Shown: positions 33,613 through 42,898 of the stretch, one piece after another
How the letters are laid out: the number at the start of each line of letters is the position of its first letter
Numbering within the stretch: position 1 is the first letter of the stretch
Assembly: GCA_903891415.1 (NCBI GenBank)
Contig: CAITEH010000008.1
Location: 9,960 to 73,959, forward strand
Length of the DNA: 64,000 bases
Reading direction: 5' to 3'
Source of the DNA: Candidatus Firestoneibacteriota bacterium
GTDB lineage: Bacteria > Oederibacteriota > D2-FULL-39-29
The notes under the pieces: generated by a model
What the model was told of the DNA's origin: nothing
The model's input: the letters and a program-made list of their open reading frames with translations, nothing else
The model's database searches: none
Translations under genes and position numbers: made by a program

Positions 33613-34533
33613 ATGAAGGAATTATGGCACGGTTATTTGAGTCTGGGGATAATACATCCCATGATCTACCCCGGCTGTATGAAAGGCGAAGGCCCTATTC
33701 TTGAAACTTTATCAAATATAGCCCTGGATCCTTTTTTTGGGACCGTTGAAGTAAGACGGCCTCTTGATACAGCATTACTTCCCAAAATGAGGAAGATACT
33801 TGACGTCTCCGGCTTAAGGGTCGGAATAGCCGGGCAGCCTCCTCTTTTAGTCGGAAAGTTCAACCTGAATTCTGAAAATGAAGAGGACCGGCAGAAAGCT
33901 ATAGCCGATGTTAAACTGTCTATTGAGGCCGGTGCCGCGCTTTTTGCGGAAAAAGTTATTGTGCTTTCGGGCCCTGCTCCGGAGAGCAGCAAAAAAGCTG
34001 CCGCAAAAAAACTGCTTATTGCTTCTTTAAAAGAACTGGCTAAGTGCGCAAAAGATAAAGGACTGATATTTTCTCTTGAAACTTTCGATGCTTCGGTGGA
34101 TAAGAAGTGCCTGGTCGGCCCTTCAAAAGAAGCCGCAGAACTTGCCGCAGAAGTAAAAAAGGACTTCCCTGATTTTGGTTTATGTTTAGATCTTTCACAC
34201 CTTCCTTTATTGAACGAAGAGTCCGCGTATGCGTTAAAAACGGTAAAAAAATATCTCAACCACGTTCATATAGGATCCGCGTTTGTTGAAGATAAAGCCA
34301 GTCCTGCCTTTGGTGACCAGCATCCCAGATTTAATTTGAAAGGCAGTATGAATAGTCCGAAAGACCTTGCGGAATTTATCAGAATGTTGTTTAAGATAGG
34401 TTATCTGCCGTCTTCTACGGTTGCCCGTCCGCCCGTGGTAAGTTTTGAGGTTAAACCTCTTCCTGAAGAACCATCGGAGCTTGTTTTAGCAAATACTAAG
34501 CGGGTATGGAAAGAAGCCTGGGCATTGGTGTAA
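33613..34533 (+). CDS. sugar phosphate isomerase/epimerase family TIM-barrel protein
   Basis: Xylose-isomerase-like features (FSLETFD, LCLDLSHLPL, HVHIG). Confidence 0.6.
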   Translation: MKELWHGYLSLGIIHPMIYPGCMKGEGPILETLSNIALDPFFGTVEVRRPLDTALLPKMRKILDVSGLRVGIAGQPPLLVGKFNLNSENEEDRQKAIADVKLSIEAGAALFAEKVIVLSGPAPESSKKAAAKKLLIASLKELAKCAKDKGLIFSLETFDASVDKKCLVGPSKEAAELAAEVKKDFPDFGLCLDLSHLPLLNEESAYALKTVKKYLNHVHIGSAFVEDKASPAFGDQHPRFNLKGSMNSPKDLAEFIRMLFKIGYLPSSTVARPPVVSFEVKPLPEEPSELVLANTKRVWKEAWALV

Positions 34534-34551
34534 GTTAGAAGATGTCTATAA

Positions 34552-34578
34552 GGTTTGTAAAGTTTGTAAGGTTTTTAA
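34552..34578. repeat. 3 tandem copies of a 9-nt unit (GGTTTGTAA / AGTTTGTAA / GGTTTTTAA)
   Basis: Read directly from the intergenic sequence upstream of the transketolase gene. Confidence 0.6.
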
Positions 34579-34666
34579 AGTCTAAGATCGTTGAAGGATA
34601 TTTTTTATTTTTTTAAGTTCAATCAGAAGTTTTGCAATCTGTGGAATCGCTTTAAAGGAGGAATAA

Positions 34667-35545
34667 ATGTTCCAGGGCAAAAATGAAAATCCGGACATAA
34701 AGAAACTTGAACAACATACGGTCAATATAAGAAAAAGTATCCTTGTCTCTCTTAACGCGGCCGGTTCCGGCCATCCGGGAGGTTCCCTTTCTATGGTGGA
34801 ATTTCTCACGGCTCTTTATTTTGCTGAATTAAGGCATGATCCTGCTGATCCCAAATGGGAAAAAAGAGACAGGGTTTTTCTTTCAAAAGGGCATGCTAAC
34901 CCCGGACTTTATGCCGTTCTGGCGGAAACCGGGTACTTTCCTGTGGAAGAACTTCTGACTTTAAGAAAACTTCACAGCCGTTTACAGGGGCATCCTCACA
35001 GTGTTAAGACTCCCGGAATTGAAATATCGGCGGGTTCGCTCGGACAGGGCCTGGGTGCCGCAAACGGCGCAGCAATGGGCTTAAAGCTTGACGGCAGCGA
35101 CGCAAGAGTATTTTGCATCCTCGGTGACGGCGAGCTGCAGGAAGGTTCTGTCTGGGAATCTATTATGACCAGCGCTCATAGAAAACTGGACAATGTACTG
35201 GCCTGGATAGACTACAATAATCTCCAGATAGATGGAAAAGTGGAAGATGTAAAAGGTATCGCTCCTTTAGCCGGTAAATTAAAAGCTTTTAACTGGCATG
35301 TGATAGAAATAGACGGGCATTCAATTCAAGCTCATCTTGCAGCTTTTAAGGAAGCCAGGGCGACTAAGGGCAAGCCGACCGTAATAATTGCGAAGACCGT
35401 AAAAGGCAAGGGTGTCTGCTTTATGGAAAACAAGGCGGAATGGCACGGGGTTGTTCCCAATAAAGAGCAGCTTGCGGACGCGCTTAGCGGGCTTTGTGTT
35501 GTTAACGGGCCGTCAAAGAACCAGTTAGAAAACGCAGACGCTTAA
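34667..35545 (+). CDS. transketolase, N-terminal (ThDP pyrophosphate-binding) subunit only
   Basis: AGSGHPGGSLSMVEFLTALYF, FLSKGHA, GSLGQGL, GDGELQEGSVWE, NNLQIDG. It ends at 292 aa with no C-terminal subunit gene adjacent. Confidence 0.88.
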   Translation: MFQGKNENPDIKKLEQHTVNIRKSILVSLNAAGSGHPGGSLSMVEFLTALYFAELRHDPADPKWEKRDRVFLSKGHANPGLYAVLAETGYFPVEELLTLRKLHSRLQGHPHSVKTPGIEISAGSLGQGLGAANGAAMGLKLDGSDARVFCILGDGELQEGSVWESIMTSAHRKLDNVLAWIDYNNLQIDGKVEDVKGIAPLAGKLKAFNWHVIEIDGHSIQAHLAAFKEARATKGKPTVIIAKTVKGKGVCFMENKAEWHGVVPNKEQLADALSGLCVVNGPSKNQLENADA

Positions 35546-35653
35546 AGGTCCAGTTTTACTTACATAGAGTTTAAGTTTGTAGAAAAAAATAATTTCCGGA
35601 GTCGATCCTTATACTGCAGGACACATACGGAAAATTGAAAAGGAGGAGTTAAA

Positions 35654-37963
35654 ATGGTTGGAAGTATAGTTGCAAAACTTGGCCAGCTTGCCATAAGCGT
35701 AAGTGAAGCCAACCTCAAATTGCCTGAATTCGGGCCATATGAGAACAAGGTGCTTGCGGTTGTTTTTTGTTCCGCACTTATTGCACTTTTTTACGGCGTA
35801 ATACTTGTAATAAAGGTAATGGCACAACCGGCAGGCCCAAAGGCCTTGACGGATGTGTCTGCGGCCATAGAACAGGGTTCAATGGCATATCTTAAGCAGC
35901 AAAGCAAGATAATGAGCGTTTTTGTTTTGCTGGTTTTTATTACCCTGCTTTCTATGTATTATTTTGGTACATTTAAAGATGATCCAAAGAGAATAGAGCT
36001 TTCCTGGGGCATAGCGCTTGCCTTTGTTGCCGGGGTTCTCTGTTCTTATGGAGCCGGTTTTGTAGGCATGAAACTTGCAGTTAAGGGCAATGTCCGGACC
36101 GCAAACGCGGCCCTGACAAGTTTTTCAAAATGTTTAAGAGTTTCTTTTGATGCGGGTGCAGTTTCAGGAATGTTCACGGTAGGTTTCGGGCTTCTGGGTG
36201 CTACCATTATTTTCTGGTTATTTAAACAGGATGCCATGAAAGTTCTTGTAGGTTTTGGTTTTGGCGGCTCGCTTGCAGCTCTGTTTATGAGAGTGGGCGG
36301 CGGTATCTATACTAAAGCGGCCGATGTAGGTGCTGATCTTGTCGGAAAAGTTGAAGCCGGTATTCCGGAAGATGATCCGAGAAATGCGGCAACTATTGCC
36401 GATAATGTCGGCGACAATGTAGGTGACTGCGCCGGTATGGCCGCGGATATGTTTGAGTCCTATGAGGTTACCCTGGTCGCGGCGATAATTCTTGCTGCTT
36501 CGTTAGGTGAACGGGCTCTGGCTTTCATCATGTTCGCGCTCCTTATCAGGGCTCTTGGTGTATTTACTTCTATCATCGGAACCTGGTTTGTCAGAGGTAA
36601 TGATAATGCAAAAGTATTTGACCCCATGAAACCCATAGTTGTCGGCTACTGTGTTTCGGCAGGGCTTTCCATACTGGGTTTCTTCGCACTCTCGTACTGG
36701 AGATTCCACAATGGAATAGATCTACTCTGGCTGAAACTTGCTCTTATAACTTCAATAGGCATACTGCTTGCGGTAGCCACGCTTATCCTTACAAATATCT
36801 TTACTCATCCTGATAAGAGGGCGGTAACGGAAACGGCAATTGCCACTAAGACCGGGCCCGCAACGCTTATTCTTAACGGTTTGGCTGAAGGTATGGAGTC
36901 CTCTGTCTGGGCAATAGTTCTGATCTGTGGAACCATTGTCAGCTCTTTAATAATATTCAAAGGCAGTCCTGCAATGGCGGCTTTTGGCGTGGCTCTCTCC
37001 GGCCTTGGCCTTCTTGCTACTACGGGTTTTGTACTTGCGATGGATACTTTCGGGCCTATTACTGATAATGCCCACGGTATTTTTGAGATGTCAAAGATCA
37101 AGGCAACAAAAGCTTCAGACACGCTTGCCTGGATGGATGCAATTGGTAACACAACAAAAGCTCTTACAAAAGGGCTTGCAATTGCAACTGCAGTAATAGC
37201 TGCAACAGCGCTTTTTAGGTCCTATATTGATGAAGCAGCTCTTGTTGCTTCCGGTATTCAGATAAATATTCCCGAGATATTTGTCGGGCTTATGATAGGT
37301 GCCGCGGTGCCTATGTTATTTTCGTCTTTCATGTTAAAAGCTGTCGGCAGAGCGGCTTTCCTGGTGGTCCAGGAAGTTCGCAGGCAGTTTAAGATGCACC
37401 CCGGTATTATGAAAGGAACAGAATTGCCTGAATACGGCCCTTGCGTTGCCATAGTTACCGAAGCGGCGCAAAGAGAACTGGTAGGCCCGGGCGTTCTTGC
37501 TGTTGCCACTCCGGTGCTTGTTGCCTTTACTTTAGGCGTGGGTGCTCTTGGCGGGTACCTGGTCGGAACAATTGTTGTCGGGCAGCTGCTTGCGGTCTTT
37601 ATGTCAAATACCGGCGGGCTCTGGGATAATGCTAAGAAAAAGATAGAAGATGGTTTTATGGGCGGTAAGGGTACGGATGCCCACAAGGCAGCGGTTATAG
37701 GAGACACAGTCGGTGACCCGTTTAAGGATACAGCAGGCCCCGCAATTAATCCTATGATAAAAGTTATGAACCTTGTTGCCATCATTTTAGCGCCAATAGC
37801 CCCGGCAGCGGTAATTTCTATGAATGATGCGGATTTTGGAAAAAAAATACTGATCGCTCTGGTATGCCTGGCCGCACTGGGCTATGCTTTTGTTGCCAAC
37901 AGAAGAGGTTCCCTGCTTAATAAGGAAGTTTCAGCAGCGAATAAAAGAACAAAGAAAAAATAG
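35654..37963 (+). CDS. hppA: membrane-integral proton-translocating pyrophosphatase, K+-independent type by motif
   Basis: DNVGDNVGDCAGMAADMFESY, GNTTKALTKG (Lys rather than Ala in GNTT[A/K]), GDTVGDPFKDTAGPAINPMIKV. About 16 TM segments. Confidence 0.93.
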   Translation: MVGSIVAKLGQLAISVSEANLKLPEFGPYENKVLAVVFCSALIALFYGVILVIKVMAQPAGPKALTDVSAAIEQGSMAYLKQQSKIMSVFVLLVFITLLSMYYFGTFKDDPKRIELSWGIALAFVAGVLCSYGAGFVGMKLAVKGNVRTANAALTSFSKCLRVSFDAGAVSGMFTVGFGLLGATIIFWLFKQDAMKVLVGFGFGGSLAALFMRVGGGIYTKAADVGADLVGKVEAGIPEDDPRNAATIADNVGDNVGDCAGMAADMFESYEVTLVAAIILAASLGERALAFIMFALLIRALGVFTSIIGTWFVRGNDNAKVFDPMKPIVVGYCVSAGLSILGFFALSYWRFHNGIDLLWLKLALITSIGILLAVATLILTNIFTHPDKRAVTETAIATKTGPATLILNGLAEGMESSVWAIVLICGTIVSSLIIFKGSPAMAAFGVALSGLGLLATTGFVLAMDTFGPITDNAHGIFEMSKIKATKASDTLAWMDAIGNTTKALTKGLAIATAVIAATALFRSYIDEAALVASGIQINIPEIFVGLMIGAAVPMLFSSFMLKAVGRAAFLVVQEVRRQFKMHPGIMKGTELPEYGPCVAIVTEAAQRELVGPGVLAVATPVLVAFTLGVGALGGYLVGTIVVGQLLAVFMSNTGGLWDNAKKKIEDGFMGGKGTDAHKAAVIGDTVGDPFKDTAGPAINPMIKVMNLVAIILAPIAPAAVISMNDADFGKKILIALVCLAALGYAFVANRRGSLLNKEVSAANKRTKKK

Positions 37964-37980
37964 CAGATTTAGATATGAGT

Positions 37981-38020
37981 AATATTGCCCCGCGCGCGAG
38001 TGCGGGGCAATATTTACTTT
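37981..38020 (+). terminator. strong rho-independent terminator after hppA
   Basis: 13-bp perfect inverted repeat AATATTGCCCCGC (37981-37993) / GCGGGGCAATATT (38002-38014), followed by T-rich sequence. Confidence 0.8.
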
Positions 38021-38068
38021 AATAACAAGGATCTTTTTTTAAAGGAAAAGCGAGTGGCTAACAGGAAA

Positions 38069-39328
38069 ATGGATGTAGTCATAGTCGGTGGCGGTATGAT
38101 CACCGCGGTTCAGATACTTCCTTCCATATACCAGCTTCAAAGAATGGGAATTGTAGGTAACATTAGTATTGTTGCCTTGAACGGAGCTCCGCTAAAAGCG
38201 CTTGCGGAAAACGCGATGTTAAACAGAGCCTTCCCCGGTCAGTCCTTTAAACCGTTTCCAGATCATACAAAAGGTGATCTTTCGAATAATTACCCGGAGT
38301 TGTTTAAGGAAGTTATTAAGAATATGCAGCCCGGGAATCTTGTGTTTGTGGCAATGCCTGACCAGCTCCATTATCCGGTAATAAAAGAAGCGCTTAAAAA
38401 TGATCAGCATGTCTGCAGTGTAAAACCTTTGGTGCTTAAATATAAAGAAGCCAAAGAAATTGAAAATGAAGCTTTATCAAAAGGCCTTTTTGTCGGAATA
38501 GAATATCACAAACGTTTTGATGACCGCGGTTTGATCGCCAGGCGCAGGTATCAGAACGGAGAATTTGGAGAATTTAGAATAGGACAGGCGCATCTTGTTG
38601 AACCCTGGTACTACAGGCATTCTAACTTCCAAAATTGGTGTACGGTAAAAAACTCTGATGCTTTTTCCTATGTGGCCTGTCATTATATTGATCTGGTTGC
38701 TTATATTACCGGGCTCCTGCCGGTCGAGGTTTCAGTCTACGGGCTCCTGGAAAAGTATCCTAACGGCAATGATGGTTTTCTCTGGACAGACGGAAGGATT
38801 ATCTGGAATAACGGAGCCTGCCTGAATGTTGTAAATGGTTTTGGCTATCCGGATGAGGCGCCGGGGGGAAATACCCAGGGCCTGGTACTGCACACGGCAG
38901 GTAAGGATTCAGGCGGCATAATTTCGCATTCTGACCAGTTCCGGGGCGTAAAACATTCAGTACTGACAAAAGGAAATGAGCCGGATGATAAGTATTATTA
39001 TGAAACGAACCCTGATTATTTTCAAATGGTTTACAAGGGCAAAGAAGGGTACGAACCGGTCGGGTACGGTTACAGGTCAATAGAGGCAAATTGTCTTGCG
39101 GCTGCACGCGTCAGTGAAGCTTCAGGCCTGGAAGGCAGAAAAAAGACTATTATTAAAATAGATAAAGAAGGTGTTATTGCGACTCCGGCAAACAGTTTTT
39201 ATAATGAACTGGTCATGGAGGCCGGCCGCCTGTCAATTACCGGCGGGGGAAAACCTGTAATAATAGAATACGGCAAGGAACCCCGCGTAAGATTTAAGCT
39301 TGATTCTGAGTATAAAAAATACATTTAA
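38069..39328 (+). CDS. Gfo/Idh/MocA family NAD(P)-dependent oxidoreductase
   Basis: I moved the start to ATG 38069 because the track start at 37985 lies inside the terminator hairpin. Rossmann N-terminus (MDVVIVGGGMI), VFVAMPDQLHYPV, EYHKRFD. Confidence 0.75.
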   Translation: MDVVIVGGGMITAVQILPSIYQLQRMGIVGNISIVALNGAPLKALAENAMLNRAFPGQSFKPFPDHTKGDLSNNYPELFKEVIKNMQPGNLVFVAMPDQLHYPVIKEALKNDQHVCSVKPLVLKYKEAKEIENEALSKGLFVGIEYHKRFDDRGLIARRRYQNGEFGEFRIGQAHLVEPWYYRHSNFQNWCTVKNSDAFSYVACHYIDLVAYITGLLPVEVSVYGLLEKYPNGNDGFLWTDGRIIWNNGACLNVVNGFGYPDEAPGGNTQGLVLHTAGKDSGGIISHSDQFRGVKHSVLTKGNEPDDKYYYETNPDYFQMVYKGKEGYEPVGYGYRSIEANCLAAARVSEASGLEGRKKTIIKIDKEGVIATPANSFYNELVMEAGRLSITGGGKPVIIEYGKEPRVRFKLDSEYKKYI

Positions 39329-39338
39329 GAGAAGAATA

Positions 39339-41321
39339 ATGCCAAAGCTTGACTATACTAAATATAAATTAAAGAATAAAGAAGAGCTGCTTAATATTAT
39401 CGGGGATAATGCCCGGATATATATTGTCTCCTGCAATAAATGTTTTAGTGAGCTTAAAAGTACTTGTGAACCGGAAACTGCGGAATTAAATAAACTGCTT
39501 AATGAAGCCGGTAAGACTACTGCCGGTTTCATGCCTTTAGATTTTCTCTGTAATGAACACCTTAGTGAAAAAGCCCTGAACAGTGTTAAACAGGATATTT
39601 TAAAAGCTGACGCGGTTGCCGTCATTTCCTGCGGTATCGGTATACAAACTGTTGCCGGGCTGCTGGCCTTACCTGTCCTGGGAATGTGTGATTCGGTATT
39701 TCAGGGAGGCTATCACGGAATATCCCTAAATACCGAAAAATGCGGTGCCTGCGGCGACTGCTATCTTACAGCTACCGGAGGCATCTGTCCGGTGGTTGAC
39801 TGCAGTAAAGGATTGATCAACGGCCCTTGCGGCGGGGCAAAAAATAGTAAATGTGAAGTTTCTAAGGATAAAGACTGTGCCTGGGAAAGTATATACAACC
39901 GCCTAAAAAGCCAGAACCGGCAGGACGTTTTCATTTCTGAGGCGCCTAAAATAAGGAATTATAATAAAAATAACGCGGACTTTATGGATAGCAATGTTAA
40001 AAGGATCCAGGCTAAAAGAAACGAGGGATTTTATGGCGGGCTTTATCCTGAAGAAAGAAAAGAGCTTACGGAAAAGCTGGTTATAACTAAAATAGCAGAC
40101 CCTGAAATTGTAAGTATCCCTTTGCAGCAGCACGCAGGAGCCGTTTGTGAGGCGCTGGTAAAGGCCGGTGAAAGAGTAAGTTTGGGACAGAAGATAGGCG
40201 CTTCAAAGGCTTTTGTTTCTGCTTATATTCACTCAAGTGTTTCCGGAGAGGTATTAGCTGTTGAACCAAGAAAGCATCCACTGCTCCCTTTTCCTGTTCT
40301 GAATGTCATAATCAAAAATGATAAGAAAGATGAAATCGCGCCTTCTGTGGCTTCAAAAGGGTCTCTTTCCTCGTGTACCGGGGAAGCGATTGTTCAAGCC
40401 ATAAAGGATGCCGGCGTGGTCGGCATGGGAGGAGCGCAGTTTCCGACACACATTAAACTAAGTTCCGCTAAAGTGCTGGATACGGTCCTTATAAACGGAT
40501 GTGAATGTGAACCTTTATTAAACGCCGATAACAGGCTGATGATAGAGCGGCCTGAACAGGTCTTAACGGGACTCAGGCTTATCATGAAAGCTGCCGGGAT
40601 AAGTAAGGGAATAATCGCGTTAGAAGACAATAAAATAGAGGCTTTTGAGAGCTTAAAGTCAAAACTCGCGGGTGATGCCTGTATTGAAGTTATCTCTGTC
40701 AGGACGAAGTACCCTGAAGGCGCGGAGAGGATGCTTATCAAGAGAGTACTAAACCGTGAAGTTCCGCGGGGAGGCCTGCCTCTTGATGTGGGTGTTATTG
40801 TTAATAATATCAGTACGGTGGTTGCGGTATATGAAGCAGTTTATAACGGCCTGCCTCTGGTCCGCCGGGTAGTGACCGTAGCCGGAGCAGGTGTCGAAAA
40901 GCCCGGAAATTATGAGATAAAGATCGGAATGCAGGTAGCTGATATAGCCCGGGCCTGTGGAATAAAGGTCCCGGATAATTTTGAATTAAAAATGGGCGGG
41001 GCGATCATGGGCTTTGTGCAGGACACGCTCGATGTTCCTGTTATTAAAGGAACTAATGGAATTATTGTAGTGAGAAAAAAGGATGAGCTGACAGCTGAAC
41101 CCTGTATTAAATGTGGAAGATGCGTTAATGTCTGCCCTATGGAATTAAAACCTCACAAGCTGGTGCTCTTTGCTCAGGCAGAGAATTGGGAAATGGTTGA
41201 AAAAGAAGGTGTTATGAACTGCATAGAATGCGGCTGCTGCGAGGACATTTGCTCCTCAAAATCGCACATGGTTGAAATATTTAAAAGCTCAAAGAAAGCC
41301 CTTAAGGAGAGAAAGAAATAA
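39339..41321 (+). CDS. MetV-like (MTHFR C-terminal Cys-rich) domain fused to an RnfC-like NADH/FMN/2x[4Fe-4S] subunit
   Basis: Start set at ATG 39339. N-terminal ~205 aa are paralogous to the next gene (CGACGDC...GICP...CSKGLINGPCGG...KCEVSK..DC). RnfC-like part has SIPLQQHAG, GMGGAQFPTHIKL, INGCECEPLLNAD, CIKCGRCVNVCP, CIECGCCEDICS. Confidence 0.8.
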   Translation: MPKLDYTKYKLKNKEELLNIIGDNARIYIVSCNKCFSELKSTCEPETAELNKLLNEAGKTTAGFMPLDFLCNEHLSEKALNSVKQDILKADAVAVISCGIGIQTVAGLLALPVLGMCDSVFQGGYHGISLNTEKCGACGDCYLTATGGICPVVDCSKGLINGPCGGAKNSKCEVSKDKDCAWESIYNRLKSQNRQDVFISEAPKIRNYNKNNADFMDSNVKRIQAKRNEGFYGGLYPEERKELTEKLVITKIADPEIVSIPLQQHAGAVCEALVKAGERVSLGQKIGASKAFVSAYIHSSVSGEVLAVEPRKHPLLPFPVLNVIIKNDKKDEIAPSVASKGSLSSCTGEAIVQAIKDAGVVGMGGAQFPTHIKLSSAKVLDTVLINGCECEPLLNADNRLMIERPEQVLTGLRLIMKAAGISKGIIALEDNKIEAFESLKSKLAGDACIEVISVRTKYPEGAERMLIKRVLNREVPRGGLPLDVGVIVNNISTVVAVYEAVYNGLPLVRRVVTVAGAGVEKPGNYEIKIGMQVADIARACGIKVPDNFELKMGGAIMGFVQDTLDVPVIKGTNGIIVVRKKDELTAEPCIKCGRCVNVCPMELKPHKLVLFAQAENWEMVEKEGVMNCIECGCCEDICSSKSHMVEIFKSSKKALKERKK

Positions 41322-41938
41322 TGCTGATCACGCAGTTGAAGAAAAAAGAAGAGTTACTGCCTTTTTTTAAGGAGAATATTCTTTTAATAGCATGTTTTGG
41401 CTGTAAAGAAGTCCATTTCCCGTCAAAGGAATATGAACTGCTTAAGGCAGAACTAAAAACCCTGAATTTAAACATTTCAGGCGAAATTGTGCTTGATTAT
41501 CTGTGTAATGAAGACTATACGGCCAAGAGGCTTGAGCTCTACAGGAACGAAATTACAAAAGCCGGCACACTTCTGGTATTTGCATGCGGGGTCGGGGTGC
41601 AAACTCTGGCGGCCCTGCTCCCGGATAAAACAATTCTTGCAGGTTGTGATACCTTCTATGTCCCGGGATTTTCCGGATTTACCCCCACCTCTTATGATTG
41701 CGAACAATGCGGGGAATGCAAGCTCGGGCTTACGGCCGGTATCTGTCCTCTTACGGCGTGTTCCAAAGGGCTGTTAAACGGGCCCTGCGGGGGGACAAAA
41801 AATGGTAAGTGTGAAGTTTCCAAAAATATGGACTGCGGCTGGGAGAAGATACTTTTAAAGTCTAAAGCTATCGGAGAACCTAACCCGAGAATAAAGGAAA
41901 TAGTTTCAATTCGTGATTACAAAAAAAGCTTTTCTTGA
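41321..41938 (+). CDS. metV: MetV-type methylene-THF reductase small Cys-rich subunit
   Basis: CEQCGECKLGLTAGICPLTACSKGLLNGPCGGTKNGKCEVSKNMDCGWE. The start overlaps the upstream stop (TAATG). Confidence 0.75.
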   Translation: MLITQLKKKEELLPFFKENILLIACFGCKEVHFPSKEYELLKAELKTLNLNISGEIVLDYLCNEDYTAKRLELYRNEITKAGTLLVFACGVGVQTLAALLPDKTILAGCDTFYVPGFSGFTPTSYDCEQCGECKLGLTAGICPLTACSKGLLNGPCGGTKNGKCEVSKNMDCGWEKILLKSKAIGEPNPRIKEIVSIRDYKKSFS

Positions 41939-42004
41939 CAAAAGTTATTTATTAATGCTGACAAATGTTATCAAAGCAAGATCTAGAGCCGCTTAGGGGG
42001 AAGA

Positions 42005-42895
42005 ATGAGATTTACAGAACTAACAAAAAATGGAAAATTCATAGTGACCTCGGAACTTGGCCCGCCTAAAGGATTTCATATAGAAAAAGCCCTTCATGAA
42101 GCGGAAATGGTCTGGCCTTATGTGCATGCTATTAATGTTACCGATAATCAATCTTCAGTGATGCGTCTGGGCGGCCTGGCAATGTGTAAAGTGCTTAAAG
42201 AGAAGAATATTGAACCGGTATTTCAAGTAACCTGCCGGGACAGGAACAGGCTGGCTTTACAATCTGACATTTTAAGCGCTGCTTTGTTTGGTATTGATAA
42301 CTTGCTGCTTCTTACCGGAGATCATACCACTCTGGGCGACCATAAAGACGCTAAGCCGGTATTTGACCTGGATTCCGTATCTTTGTCCCATATGGTAAGG
42401 CAGCTTGAAGCAGGAAAAGATCTGGCAGGCAATCCTCTTGAAGGAGAACCGCCAAAATTCTGCAAAGGCGCGGTTGTTTCTCCCTGTGCGGAACCGTTGG
42501 ATCCGCAGCTTTTCAAAATGGAGAAAAAAATAAAGGCCGGTATCGAGTTCTTCCAGACACAAGCCGTGTATGAAGTGGAAAAATTCGCGAAATTCATGAA
42601 AAGCGTCAAGGAGTTTGGGGTGCCTGTTTATGTCGGTATCGTAGTACTTAAGGGGCCGGGTATGGCTAAATTCATGAATGAAAATGTCGCCGGTATAAAT
42701 GTTCCCCAGGACCTTATTGATGAACTAAAAAAGGACAAGGAAAAAACTAAATCCGGACAGACGGGTATTGAAATAGCCGCTCGGCTCATCAAAGAACTTA
42801 AGCCTTTTTGTCAGGGTGTTCACCTTATGCCCCTGGGTTGGGATGATAAAGTGCCCCAAATACTCAAACTTTCCGGTGTAACGGCGGAGAAGTAG
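42005..42895 (+). CDS. metF: 5,10-methylenetetrahydrofolate reductase catalytic subunit
   Basis: FIVTSELGPPKG, INVTDNQSSVMR, FQVTCRDRNRLALQSDILSA, LLLTGDH, FFQTQAVY. Confidence 0.88.
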   Translation: MRFTELTKNGKFIVTSELGPPKGFHIEKALHEAEMVWPYVHAINVTDNQSSVMRLGGLAMCKVLKEKNIEPVFQVTCRDRNRLALQSDILSAALFGIDNLLLLTGDHTTLGDHKDAKPVFDLDSVSLSHMVRQLEAGKDLAGNPLEGEPPKFCKGAVVSPCAEPLDPQLFKMEKKIKAGIEFFQTQAVYEVEKFAKFMKSVKEFGVPVYVGIVVLKGPGMAKFMNENVAGINVPQDLIDELKKDKEKTKSGQTGIEIAARLIKELKPFCQGVHLMPLGWDDKVPQILKLSGVTAEK

Positions 42896-42898
42896 AAT

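Noticed and set aside
37985-38068. N-terminal extension of the Gfo/Idh/MocA gene as given in the ORF track. Similar extensions occur at 39300-39338, 56356-56412 and 62213-62263.
   Set aside because: The 37985 extension is encoded by the hppA terminator hairpin. The others overlap the preceding gene, while an ATG with a conserved-looking N-terminus sits 1-11 nt after the upstream stop.
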